Assembly: GCF_003018235.1 (NCBI RefSeq)
Contig: NZ_CP027437.1
Origin: Escherichia coli
GTDB taxonomy: Bacteria > Pseudomonadota > Gammaproteobacteria > Enterobacterales > Enterobacteriaceae
Direction: 5' to 3' (one strand)
DNA length: 64,000 bases
A program made the position numbers and the translations under genes. Under the pieces are notes generated by a model that was not told the DNA's origin, ran no database searches, and saw nothing but the letters and a program-made list of their open reading frames with translations. This document shows, piece after piece, positions 43,203 through 52,733 of the stretch; the first letter of the stretch is position 1; each line of letters opens with the position of its first letter.

Positions 43203-45986
43203 ATGAGAAACCTCTGTTTCTTACTGACGTTAGTGGCAACTCTGTTGCTCCCCGGGCGACTGATTGCCGCCGCCTTACCGCAGGATGAAAAGTTAATTAC
43301 CGGGCAACTGGACAATGGCTTGCGATATATGATTTATCCGCATGCTCAACCAAAGGATCAGGTAAATTTATGGCTGCAAATTCATACGGGTTCATTGCAG
43401 GAAGGAGACAATGAGCGCGGCGTGGCTCATTTTGTAGAACATATGATGTTTAACGGCACAAAAACATGGCCGGGTAATAAAGTCATCGAAACATTTGAGT
43501 CGATGGGTCTGCGCTTTGGTCGCGATGTTAATGCCTATACCAGCTATGACGAAACGGTGTATCAGGTGAGTTTGCCGACTACGCAGAAACAAAATCTGCA
43601 ACAAGTGATGGCAATCTTCAGTGAATGGAGTAATGCCGCAACCTTTGAAAAACTCGAAGTAGACGCTGAACGCGGCGTAATTACTGAGGAATGGCGTGCC
43701 CATCAGGATGCGAAATGGCGCACCTCTCAGGCGCGCCGCCCTTTCCTGCTGGCTAATACCCGTAATTTAGACCGTGAACCTATCGGCCTGATGGATACTG
43801 TCGCTACGGTCACACCGGCACAATTGCGCCAATTTTATCAACGCTGGTATCAACCAAATAATATGACCTTTATCGTGGTCGGCGATATCGATAGTAAAGA
43901 AGCGCTGGCGCTGATTAAGGATAATTTAAGTAAGCTTCCGGCTAACAAAGCAGCTGAAAATCGCGTCTGGCCGACAAAAGCCGAAAACCACCTGCGCTTT
44001 AATATCATTAATGATAAAGAAAACCGGGTGAACGGCATCGCACTCTATTATCGCCTGCCAATGGTGCAAGTGAGCGATGAGCAAAGCTTTATCGAACAAG
44101 CTGAATGGAGCATGTTGGTTCAGCTGTTCAATCAGCGTCTGCAGGAACGCATACAGTCGGGCGAGTTGAAGACTATTTCTGGCGGCACTGCGCGCAGCGT
44201 TAAAATTGCACCCGATTATCAGTCGCTGTTTTTCCGTGTAAATGCACGAGACGATAATATGCAGGATGCTGCGAATGCATTAATGGCAGAGTTGGCAACT
44301 ATTGATCAGCATGGTTTTTCTGCTGAAGAACTCGATGATGTCAAATCTACCCGTCTCACCTGGCTGAAAAATGCGGTTGATCAGCAAGCTGAACGTGATT
44401 TACGTATGCTGACCAGTCGCCTGGCATCCAGCTCATTAAATAATACGCCGTTCTTGTCGCCGGAAGAGACATATCAACTTTCGAAACGTCTGTGGCAGCA
44501 AATTACCGTGCAAAGTCTGGCGGAAAAATGGCAGCAGTTAAGAAAGAACCAGGATGCATTTTGGGAGCAAATGGTAAACAATGAGGTTGCTGCCAAAAAC
44601 GCATTGTCTCCTGCGGCTATCCTGGCGCTGGAAAAAGAGTACGCCAACAAAAAGCTGGCGGCTTACATCTTCCCAGGCAGAAATTTATCGTTAACAGTAG
44701 ACGCTGACACACAGGCGGAAATTAGCAGCAAAGAAACGCTGGCTGAGAATCTGACATCATTAACACTTTCCAATGGTGCCAGGGTTATTCTGGCAAAATC
44801 CGCGGGTGAAGAGCAAAAACTACAAATTACTGCCGTATCTAATAAAGGCGATTTAAGTTTCCCTGCGCAGCAAAAATCACTTATCGCGCTGGCAAATAAA
44901 GCAGTAAGCGGAAGCGGCGTTGGTGAACTCTCCTCTTCCAGCCTGAAACGCTGGAGTGCGGAAAACTCGGTAACCATGAGCAGTAAAGTCAGTGGCATGA
45001 ATACATTGCTCTCTGTTAGCACGCGGACTAATAACCCTGAACCTGGTTTCCAGTTGATTAACCAGCGAATCACCCACAGCACGATTAACGATAATATTTG
45101 GGCATCGCTACAAAATGCTCAAATTCAGGCGTTGAAAACGCTCGACCAGCGTCCAGCGGAGAAATTCGCCCAGCAGATGTATGAGACGCGCTATGCTGAT
45201 GACCGCACGAAATTACTGCAAGAAAATCAGATTGCACAGTTTACTGCCGCAGATGCGCTGGCTGCCGATCGCCAGTTGTTTTCATCTCCAGCGGATATCA
45301 CGTTTGTCATTGTCGGTAATGTCGCAGAAGACAAACTCCTGCCGTTAATTACGCGTTACTTAGGATCAATCAAACACTCTGATTCGCCATTAGCCGCAGG
45401 TAAACCATTAACTCGCGCGACGGACAACGCATCGGTTGCTGTAAAAGAACAAAATGAACCTGTGGCACAGGTTTCACAGTGGAAGCGTTATGATTCCCGG
45501 ACACCTGTAAATCTGGAGACGCGTATGGCGCTCGATGCTTTTAACGTCGCACTGGCAAAAGATCTACGCGTTAATATTCGTGAACAGGCATCTGGAGCAT
45601 ACAGCGTTTCTTCTCGCCTCTCGGTTGATCCTCAGGCCAAAGATATCAGTCATTTGCTGGCTTTTACTTGTCAACCGGAACGACATGATGAACTGTTAAC
45701 GTTAGCGAATGAAGTGATGGTTAAACGTCTGGCTAAAGGGATCAGTGAGCAAGAACTGAACGAATACCAGCAAAACGTTCAGCGCAGCCTCGATATCCAA
45801 CAGCGTAGCGTTCAACAATTAGCGAACACCATTGTAAATAGTCTTATTCAATATGACGATCCTGCAGCATGGACTGAGCAGGAGCAATTGTTGAAACAAA
45901 TGACGGTAGAGAATGTTAACACTACCGTTAAACAATATCTTTCTCATCCGGTAAATACTTATACCGGAGTATTATTGCCAAAATAA
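43203..45986 (+). CDS. pqqL: M16-family zinc peptidase, secreted
   Basis: Track ORF 43176..45986; start 43203 preferred (GGAG SD 6 nt upstream; signal peptide MRNLCFLLTLVATLLLPGRLIAA); in-frame ATG 43191 is the alternative. HFVEH zinc motif. Confidence 0.9.
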   Translation: MRNLCFLLTLVATLLLPGRLIAAALPQDEKLITGQLDNGLRYMIYPHAQPKDQVNLWLQIHTGSLQEGDNERGVAHFVEHMMFNGTKTWPGNKVIETFESMGLRFGRDVNAYTSYDETVYQVSLPTTQKQNLQQVMAIFSEWSNAATFEKLEVDAERGVITEEWRAHQDAKWRTSQARRPFLLANTRNLDREPIGLMDTVATVTPAQLRQFYQRWYQPNNMTFIVVGDIDSKEALALIKDNLSKLPANKAAENRVWPTKAENHLRFNIINDKENRVNGIALYYRLPMVQVSDEQSFIEQAEWSMLVQLFNQRLQERIQSGELKTISGGTARSVKIAPDYQSLFFRVNARDDNMQDAANALMAELATIDQHGFSAEELDDVKSTRLTWLKNAVDQQAERDLRMLTSRLASSSLNNTPFLSPEETYQLSKRLWQQITVQSLAEKWQQLRKNQDAFWEQMVNNEVAAKNALSPAAILALEKEYANKKLAAYIFPGRNLSLTVDADTQAEISSKETLAENLTSLTLSNGARVILAKSAGEEQKLQITAVSNKGDLSFPAQQKSLIALANKAVSGSGVGELSSSSLKRWSAENSVTMSSKVSGMNTLLSVSTRTNNPEPGFQLINQRITHSTINDNIWASLQNAQIQALKTLDQRPAEKFAQQMYETRYADDRTKLLQENQIAQFTAADALAADRQLFSSPADITFVIVGNVAEDKLLPLITRYLGSIKHSDSPLAAGKPLTRATDNASVAVKEQNEPVAQVSQWKRYDSRTPVNLETRMALDAFNVALAKDLRVNIREQASGAYSVSSRLSVDPQAKDISHLLAFTCQPERHDELLTLANEVMVKRLAKGISEQELNEYQQNVQRSLDIQQRSVQQLANTIVNSLIQYDDPAAWTEQEQLLKQMTVENVNTTVKQYLSHPVNTYTGVLLPK

Positions 45987-45992
45987 TAACAG

Positions 45993-46023
45993 CCCCGTCA
46001 ACACATCGTTGGCGGGGATTTTA
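45993..46023 (+). terminator. Rho-independent terminator downstream of pqqL
   Basis: CCCCGTCAAC-(5 nt)-GTTGGCGGGG followed by ATTTTATC. Confidence 0.6.
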
Positions 46024-46248
46024 TCAATATTCGCTATTTTTATGTAATAATTTTATAAATGCGTTCAAAATAATAACCAAGTACTAATAGTGATATTTTA
46101 AGGTCTGATTTTTACGTGATAATTCAGGAGGCGTAGAAAGTGCATAAAAATAACAGCATAAAACACCTTGCCACCACCCAAGAATTCAATAATGTATTGA
46201 TTTTCAATGATAAAATATTATTCGCATAATATCTCACGATAAATAACA

Positions 46249-46268
46249 TTAGGATTTTGTTATTTAAA
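46249..46268 (+). promoter_or_regulatory. GAD box (GadE/GadX-dependent activation site) upstream of gadB
   Basis: Exact 20-mer TTAGGATTTTGTTATTTAAA about 80 nt upstream of the gadB start. Confidence 0.85.
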
Positions 46269-46347
46269 CACGAGTCCTTTGCACTTGCTTACTTTATCGA
46301 TAAATCCTACTTTTTTAATGCGATCCAATCATTTTAAGGAGTTTAAA

Positions 46348-47748
46348 ATGGATAAGAAGCAAGTAACGGATTTAAGGTCGGAACTACTCGATTCACGTTT
46401 TGGTGCGAAGTCTATTTCCACTATCGCAGAATCAAAACGATTTCCGCTGCACGAAATGCGCGATGATGTCGCATTCCAGATTATCAATGACGAATTATAT
46501 CTTGATGGCAACGCTCGTCAGAACCTGGCCACTTTCTGCCAGACCTGGGACGACGAAAATGTCCACAAGTTGATGGATTTATCCATTAACAAAAACTGGA
46601 TCGACAAAGAAGAATATCCGCAATCCGCAGCCATCGACCTGCGTTGCGTAAACATGGTTGCCGATCTGTGGCATGCGCCTGCGCCGAAAAATGGTCAGGC
46701 CGTTGGCACCAACACCATTGGTTCTTCCGAGGCCTGTATGCTCGGCGGGATGGCGATGAAATGGCGTTGGCGCAAGCGTATGGAAGCTGCAGGCAAACCA
46801 ACGGATAAACCAAACCTGGTGTGCGGTCCGGTGCAAATCTGCTGGCATAAATTCGCCCGCTACTGGGATGTGGAGCTGCGTGAGATCCCTATGCGCCCCG
46901 GTCAGTTGTTTATGGACCCGAAACGCATGATTGAAGCCTGCGACGAAAACACCATCGGCGTGGTGCCGACTTTCGGCGTGACCTACACCGGTAACTATGA
47001 GTTCCCGCAACCGCTGCACGATGCGCTGGATAAATTCCAGGCCGACACCGGTATCGACATCGACATGCACATCGACGCCGCCAGCGGTGGCTTCCTGGCA
47101 CCGTTCGTCGCCCCGGATATCGTCTGGGACTTCCGCCTGCCGCGTGTGAAATCGATCAGTGCTTCAGGCCATAAATTCGGTCTGGCTCCGCTGGGCTGCG
47201 GCTGGGTTATCTGGCGTGATGAAGAAGCGCTGCCGCAGGAACTGGTGTTCAACGTTGACTATCTCGGTGGTCAGATTGGGACTTTCGCCATCAACTTCTC
47301 CCGCCCGGCGGGTCAGGTGATTGCACAGTACTATGAATTCCTGCGCCTCGGTCGTGAAGGCTATACCAAAGTACAGAACGCCTCTTACCAGGTTGCCGCT
47401 TATCTGGCGGATGAAATCGCCAAACTGGGGCCGTATGAGTTCATCTGTACCGGTCGCCCGGACGAAGGCATCCCGGCGGTTTGCTTCAAACTGAAAGATG
47501 GTGAAGATCCGGGATACACCCTGTACGACCTCTCTGAACGTCTGCGTCTGCGCGGCTGGCAGGTTCCGGCCTTCACTCTCGGCGGTGAAGCCACCGACAT
47601 CGTGGTGATGCGCATTATGTGTCGTCGCGGCTTCGAAATGGACTTTGCTGAACTGTTGCTGGAAGACTACAAAGCCTCCCTGAAATATCTCAGCGATCAC
47701 CCGAAACTGCAGGGTATTGCCCAGCAGAACAGCTTTAAACATACCTGA
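46348..47748 (+). CDS. gadB: Glutamate decarboxylase beta (PLP-dependent)
   Basis: 466 aa from ATG 46348 ([23 protein letters not shown]...); called gadB rather than gadA because gadC follows. Confidence 0.95.
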   Translation: MDKKQVTDLRSELLDSRFGAKSISTIAESKRFPLHEMRDDVAFQIINDELYLDGNARQNLATFCQTWDDENVHKLMDLSINKNWIDKEEYPQSAAIDLRCVNMVADLWHAPAPKNGQAVGTNTIGSSEACMLGGMAMKWRWRKRMEAAGKPTDKPNLVCGPVQICWHKFARYWDVELREIPMRPGQLFMDPKRMIEACDENTIGVVPTFGVTYTGNYEFPQPLHDALDKFQADTGIDIDMHIDAASGGFLAPFVAPDIVWDFRLPRVKSISASGHKFGLAPLGCGWVIWRDEEALPQELVFNVDYLGGQIGTFAINFSRPAGQVIAQYYEFLRLGREGYTKVQNASYQVAAYLADEIAKLGPYEFICTGRPDEGIPAVCFKLKDGEDPGYTLYDLSERLRLRGWQVPAFTLGGEATDIVVMRIMCRRGFEMDFAELLLEDYKASLKYLSDHPKLQGIAQQNSFKHT

Positions 47749-47768
47749 TAACGTTTAACGGTAACGGT

Positions 47769-47858
47769 GTCCCGAAACACACCCGTTTCGGGACAATTTC
47801 CAAAGTCTGTTCACTGGCATTAGCAACGGAAAATATTGTTCTGAATACGCTTCAGAAC
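47769..47858 (+). other. Two perfect hairpins in the gadB-gadC intergenic region
   Basis: GTCCCGAAAC-acaccc-GTTTCGGGAC (47769-47794) and GTTCTGAA-tacgc-TTCAGAAC (47838-47858); no strong T-tracts. Confidence 0.45.
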
Positions 47859-47903
47859 AAAACAGGTTCGGTTCCGACAGGAATACCGTTTTAGGGGGAT
47901 AAT

Positions 47904-49439
47904 ATGGCTACATCAGTACAGACAGGTAAAGCTAAGCAGCTCACATTACTCGGATTTTTTGCCATAACGGCATCGATGGTAATGGCTGTTTATGAATACC
48001 CTACCTTCGCAACATCGGGCTTTTCATTAGTCTTCTTCCTGCTATTAGGCGGGATTTTATGGTTTATTCCCGTGGGACTTTGTGCTGCGGAAATGGCCAC
48101 CGTCGACGGCTGGGAAGAAGGTGGTGTCTTCGCCTGGGTATCAAATACTCTGGGGCCGAGATGGGGATTTGCAGCGATCTCATTTGGCTATCTGCAAATC
48201 GCCATTGGTTTTATTCCGATGCTCTATTTCGTGTTAGGGGCACTCTCCTACATCCTGAAATGGCCAGCGCTGAATGAAGACCCCATTACCAAAACTATTG
48301 CAGCACTCATCATTCTTTGGGCGCTGGCATTAACGCAGTTTGGTGGCACGAAATACACGGCGCGAATTGCTAAAGTTGGCTTCTTCGCCGGTATCCTGTT
48401 ACCTGCATTTATTTTGATCGCATTAGCGGCTATTTATTTGCACTCCGGTGCCCCCGTTGCTATCGAAATTGATTCGAAGACCTTCTTCCCTGACTTCTCT
48501 AAAGTGGGCACCCTGGTTGTATTTGTTGCCTTCATTTTGAGTTATATGGGGGTAGAAGCATCTGCAACCCACGTCAATGAAATGAGCAACCCAGGGCGCG
48601 ACTATCCACTGGCTATGTTACTGCTGATGGTGGCGGCAATCTGCTTAAGCTCTGTTGGCGGTTTGTCTATTGCGATGGTCATTCCGGGTAATGAAATCAA
48701 CCTCTCCGCAGGTGTAATGCAAACCTTTACCGTTCTGATGTCCCATGTGGCACCGGAAATTGAGTGGACGGTTCGCGTGATCTCCGCACTGCTGTTACTG
48801 GGTGTTCTGGCGGAAATCGCCTCCTGGATTGTTGGTCCTTCTCGCGGGATGTATGTCACAGCGCAGAAAAACCTGCTGCCAGCGGCATTCGCTAAAATGA
48901 ACAAAAATGGCGTACCGGTAACGCTGGTCATTTCGCAGCTGGTGATTACTTCTATCGCGTTGATCATCCTCACCAATACCGGTGGCGGTAACAACATGTC
49001 CTTCCTGATCGCACTGGCGCTGACGGTGGTGATTTATCTGTGTGCTTATTTCATGCTGTTTATTGGCTACATTGTGTTGGTTCTTAAACATCCTGACTTA
49101 AAACGCACATTTAATATCCCTGGTGGTAAAGGGGTGAAACTGGTCGTGGCTGTTGTCGGTCTGCTGACTTCAATTATGGCGTTTATTGTTTCCTTCCTGC
49201 CGCCGGATAACATCCAGGGTGACTCTACCGATATGTATGTTGAATTACTGTTCGTGAGTTTCCTGGTGGTACTTGCCCTGCCCTTTATTCTCTATGCTGT
49301 TCATGATCGTAAAGGCAAAGCGAATACCGGCGTCACTCTGGAGCCAATCAACAGTAAGAACGCACCAAAAGGTCACTTCTTCCTGCACCCGCGTGCACGT
49401 TCACCACACTATATTGTGATGAATGACAAGAAACACTAA
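47904..49439 (+). CDS. gadC: Glutamate:GABA antiporter (APC family)
   Basis: 511-aa polytopic ORF directly downstream of gadB. Confidence 0.95.
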   Translation: MATSVQTGKAKQLTLLGFFAITASMVMAVYEYPTFATSGFSLVFFLLLGGILWFIPVGLCAAEMATVDGWEEGGVFAWVSNTLGPRWGFAAISFGYLQIAIGFIPMLYFVLGALSYILKWPALNEDPITKTIAALIILWALALTQFGGTKYTARIAKVGFFAGILLPAFILIALAAIYLHSGAPVAIEIDSKTFFPDFSKVGTLVVFVAFILSYMGVEASATHVNEMSNPGRDYPLAMLLLMVAAICLSSVGGLSIAMVIPGNEINLSAGVMQTFTVLMSHVAPEIEWTVRVISALLLLGVLAEIASWIVGPSRGMYVTAQKNLLPAAFAKMNKNGVPVTLVISQLVITSIALIILTNTGGGNNMSFLIALALTVVIYLCAYFMLFIGYIVLVLKHPDLKRTFNIPGGKGVKLVVAVVGLLTSIMAFIVSFLPPDNIQGDSTDMYVELLFVSFLVVLALPFILYAVHDRKGKANTGVTLEPINSKNAPKGHFFLHPRARSPHYIVMNDKKH

Positions 49440-49464
49440 CCATGTCTGAATGGTTATAAGACAA

Positions 49465-49492
49465 GGGAACGATAATTCATCGCTCCCTTTTT
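49465..49492 (+). terminator. Rho-independent terminator downstream of gadC
   Basis: GGGAACGAT-aattc-ATCGCTCCC (one mismatch) followed by TTTTT. Confidence 0.7.
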
Positions 49493-49569
49493 CGTGCTTG
49501 CTGTCGTATTGACTTAACCGGGATAAGTACGAGAATGAGCGCACATCTGTTTACCGGAAACCAGCACAT

Positions 49570-50889
49570 ATGGATATCTGCTCCCGAAACGAGAAATTAG
49601 CGATTAGAAGACCAGCGATACTGGTTGCACTGGCACTTTTACTGTGTAGTTGTAAAAGCACGCCTCCAGAGTCCATGGTGACACCACCAGCGGGTTCAAA
49701 GCCACCAGCCACGACGCAACAATCGTCACAACCGATGCGTGGCATCTGGCTGGCCACGGTGTCTCGCCTCGACTGGCCACCGGTTTCCTCGATTAACATT
49801 AGTAACCCCACCAGCCGGGCCCGTGTACAACAACAGGCGATGATTGACAAACTGGATCATCTGCAACGTCTCGGCATAAACACGGTCTTTTTCCAGGTCA
49901 AGCCGGACGGTACCGCCCTGTGGCCATCAAAAATTTTGCCGTGGTCCGATCTTATGACCGGAAAGATTGGTGAAAATCCAGGTTACGATCCGCTGCAATT
50001 TATGCTCGACGAAGCCCACAAGCGTGGGATGAAAGTACACGCCTGGTTTAACCCCTATCGCGTATCGGTTAATACGAAGCCCGGTACTATCAGGGAACTG
50101 AATAGCACTCTGGCTCAACAACCAGCGAGCGTCTATGTGCAACACCGCGACTGGATCAGAACGTCCGGCGATCGCTTTGTCCTCGACCCGGGCATCCCTG
50201 AAGTTCAGGACTGGATCACATCAATAGTCGCGGAAGTGGTTTCCCGCTATCCGGTAGATGGCGTGCAGTTTGACGACTATTTCTATACTGAGTCACCGGG
50301 TTCACGGCTAAATGATAACGAAACGTACCGCAAATACGGAGGCGCATTTGCGTCAAAAGCAGACTGGCGGCGCAACAATACTCAGCAGTTAATTGCGAAG
50401 GTATCGCACACCATTAAAAGCATTAAGCCGGAAGTCGAATTTGGCGTTAGCCCGGCAGGCGTGTGGCGTAACCGATCACACGATCCGCTCGGTTCCGATA
50501 CCCGAGGCGCGGCAGCCTATGACGAATCCTACGCTGACACCCGTCGATGGGTGGAACAAGGATTGCTGGATTACATTGCTCCCCAAATTTACTGGCCGTT
50601 CTCACGGAGTGCCGCACGTTATGACGTTTTGGCAAAATGGTGGGCAGATGTCGTTAAACCGACCAGGACCCGCCTGTATATCGGTATCGCCTTCTATAAA
50701 GTGGGTGAACCTTCAAAGATAGAGCCAGACTGGATGATTAACGGCGGCGTACCGGAACTGAAAAAACAGCTCGATCTTAACGATGCCGTGCCAGAAATTA
50801 GCGGCACAATCTTGTTCCGTGAGGACTATCTGAATAAGCCACAGACTCAACAAGCGGTCAGCTATCTGCAAAGTCGTTGGGGCAGTTAA
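49570..50889 (+). CDS. yddW: Outer-membrane lipoprotein, glycoside-hydrolase-like (GH10-type)
   Basis: 439-aa ORF with lipoprotein signal (LALLLCSC); synteny between gadC and dosC. Confidence 0.85.
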   Translation: MDICSRNEKLAIRRPAILVALALLLCSCKSTPPESMVTPPAGSKPPATTQQSSQPMRGIWLATVSRLDWPPVSSINISNPTSRARVQQQAMIDKLDHLQRLGINTVFFQVKPDGTALWPSKILPWSDLMTGKIGENPGYDPLQFMLDEAHKRGMKVHAWFNPYRVSVNTKPGTIRELNSTLAQQPASVYVQHRDWIRTSGDRFVLDPGIPEVQDWITSIVAEVVSRYPVDGVQFDDYFYTESPGSRLNDNETYRKYGGAFASKADWRRNNTQQLIAKVSHTIKSIKPEVEFGVSPAGVWRNRSHDPLGSDTRGAAAYDESYADTRRWVEQGLLDYIAPQIYWPFSRSAARYDVLAKWWADVVKPTRTRLYIGIAFYKVGEPSKIEPDWMINGGVPELKKQLDLNDAVPEISGTILFREDYLNKPQTQQAVSYLQSRWGS

Positions 50890-50906
50890 ACTCCCATTCT
50901 TACTTT

Positions 50907-50940
50907 GTAACAAGCCGGTGCTTTCCCCCCGGCTTGTTAC
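50907..50940 (+). terminator. Terminator-like hairpin downstream of yddW
   Basis: GTAACAAGCCGG-(10 nt)-CCGGCTTGTTAC, perfect 12-bp stem; weak T-tract. Confidence 0.5.
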
Positions 50941-51264
50941 CCTCTTGAAATATCCCACTAGTAATCATGCTTACTTAAGTCAAATTAACTACGCAATTAA
51001 CCACACTTAGTTAAACAGTCATAAATCCCCTAATAAAAATGTATGAATATGAAAAAACATACGATATTCGCTGTCACCGAAAAATAATTACGATGGGCTA
51101 TACTCTTCTGAAGAACAGTAGCGTAGATTGAAACTGTCCTAAGTCGCTTATTTGTTTTCAGTATATCTTCATATTTCAGGAGAATATGGTGCAGTTAGTC
51201 GATCTCGCACGTTGCGTTTCGTTTTGATTCCGTCTGCTTTCCCAGCCTTATAAGGGTGTGAATT

Positions 51265-52647
51265 ATGGAGATGTATTTTAAAAGAATGAAAGATGAGTGG
51301 ACCGGGCTTGTCGAACAAGCAGATCCGCTCATTCGTGCTAAAGCCGCGGAAATTGCCGTTGCGCATGCCCATTATCTGAGTATTGAGTTTTACCGAATTG
51401 TCCGTATCGACCCGCATGCCGAAGAATTCTTGAGTAATGAACAAGTTGAGCGGCAGTTGAAAAGTGCGATGGAACGCTGGATTATTAACGTGCTTTCTGC
51501 CCAGGTTGACGATGTCGAAAGGCTAATACAAATCCAGCATACCGTTGCGGAAGTGCATGCCCGCATAGGAATTCCGGTAGAAATTGTCGAGATGGGGTTT
51601 CGGGTGCTGAAAAAAATCCTCTATCCAGTCATCTTCTCTTCGGATTATTCCGCCGCAGAAAAACTTCAGGTCTACCATTTCTCTATTAACAGTATTGATA
51701 TCGCTATGGAAGTGATGACCCGCGCGTTTACCTTTAGTGACAGTAGTGCCTCAAAGGAAGATGAAAACTATCGTATCTTCTCGTTACTGGAAAATGCCGA
51801 AGAAGAAAAAGAACGGCAAATAGCCTCATTACTTCCATGGGAAATAGATATTATCTATAAAGTCCTGCTGGATTCTGATTTAGGCAGTAGTTTGCCTTTA
51901 AGCCAGGCTGATTTTGGCCTGTGGTTTAACCATAAAGGGCGACATTATTTTAGCGGCATAGCCGAAGTGGGCCATATCTCCCGTCTGATTCAGGATTTTG
52001 ACGGTATTTTCAATCAAACCATGCGTAACACCAGGAATTTGAATAACAGAAGTTTACGGGTGAAATTTTTATTACAGATAAGAAATACCGTATCGCAAAT
52101 TATTACCTTGTTGCGTGAATTGTTTGAAGAAGTATCGCGCCACGAAGTCGGTATGGATGTACTGACGAAATTACTTAACCGCCGTTTCCTGCCGACGATC
52201 TTCAAACGCGAAATTGCCCATGCCAACCGGACCGGCACACCGCTGTCAGTGCTGATTATTGACGTTGATAAATTCAAAGAGATCAACGATACGTGGGGCC
52301 ATAACACTGGCGATGAAATTCTGCGTAAAGTCTCTCAGGCCTTTTATGACAACGTCCGCAGTAGTGATTATGTTTTCCGCTACGGTGGCGATGAATTTAT
52401 CATTGTTTTGACTGAAGCTTCTGAAAACGAAACGTTACGTACCGCAGAACGTATTCGCAGTCGGGTGGAGAAAACCAAACTGAAAGCCGCAAACGGCGAA
52501 GATATTGCCCTCTCACTTTCCATCAGTGCTGCCATGTTTAATGGTCATCCTGACTATGAGCGCCTCATTCAAATAGCCGATGAAGCTCTGTATATCGCCA
52601 AAAGACGAGGTAGAAACCGTGTTGAACTCTGGAAAGCCAGTCTTTAG
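51265..52647 (+). CDS. dosC: Globin-coupled oxygen-sensing diguanylate cyclase
   Basis: 460-aa ORF (MEMYFKRMKDEW...), globin domain plus GGDEF (RYGGDEF). Confidence 0.95.
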   Translation: MEMYFKRMKDEWTGLVEQADPLIRAKAAEIAVAHAHYLSIEFYRIVRIDPHAEEFLSNEQVERQLKSAMERWIINVLSAQVDDVERLIQIQHTVAEVHARIGIPVEIVEMGFRVLKKILYPVIFSSDYSAAEKLQVYHFSINSIDIAMEVMTRAFTFSDSSASKEDENYRIFSLLENAEEEKERQIASLLPWEIDIIYKVLLDSDLGSSLPLSQADFGLWFNHKGRHYFSGIAEVGHISRLIQDFDGIFNQTMRNTRNLNNRSLRVKFLLQIRNTVSQIITLLRELFEEVSRHEVGMDVLTKLLNRRFLPTIFKREIAHANRTGTPLSVLIIDVDKFKEINDTWGHNTGDEILRKVSQAFYDNVRSSDYVFRYGGDEFIIVLTEASENETLRTAERIRSRVEKTKLKAANGEDIALSLSISAAMFNGHPDYERLIQIADEALYIAKRRGRNRVELWKASL

Positions 52648-52733
52648 ATGCGCCAGGATGCAGAGGTAATCATGAAGCTAACCGATGCGGATAATGCCGC
52701 CGATGGCATTTTTTCCCCGCCCTTGAGCAAAAT

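Noticed and set aside
47164-47742. 192-aa and 163-aa antisense ORFs inside gadB (also 46579..47070)
   Set aside because: Embedded antisense in a highly conserved, highly expressed gene; no SD and no recognisable domain.
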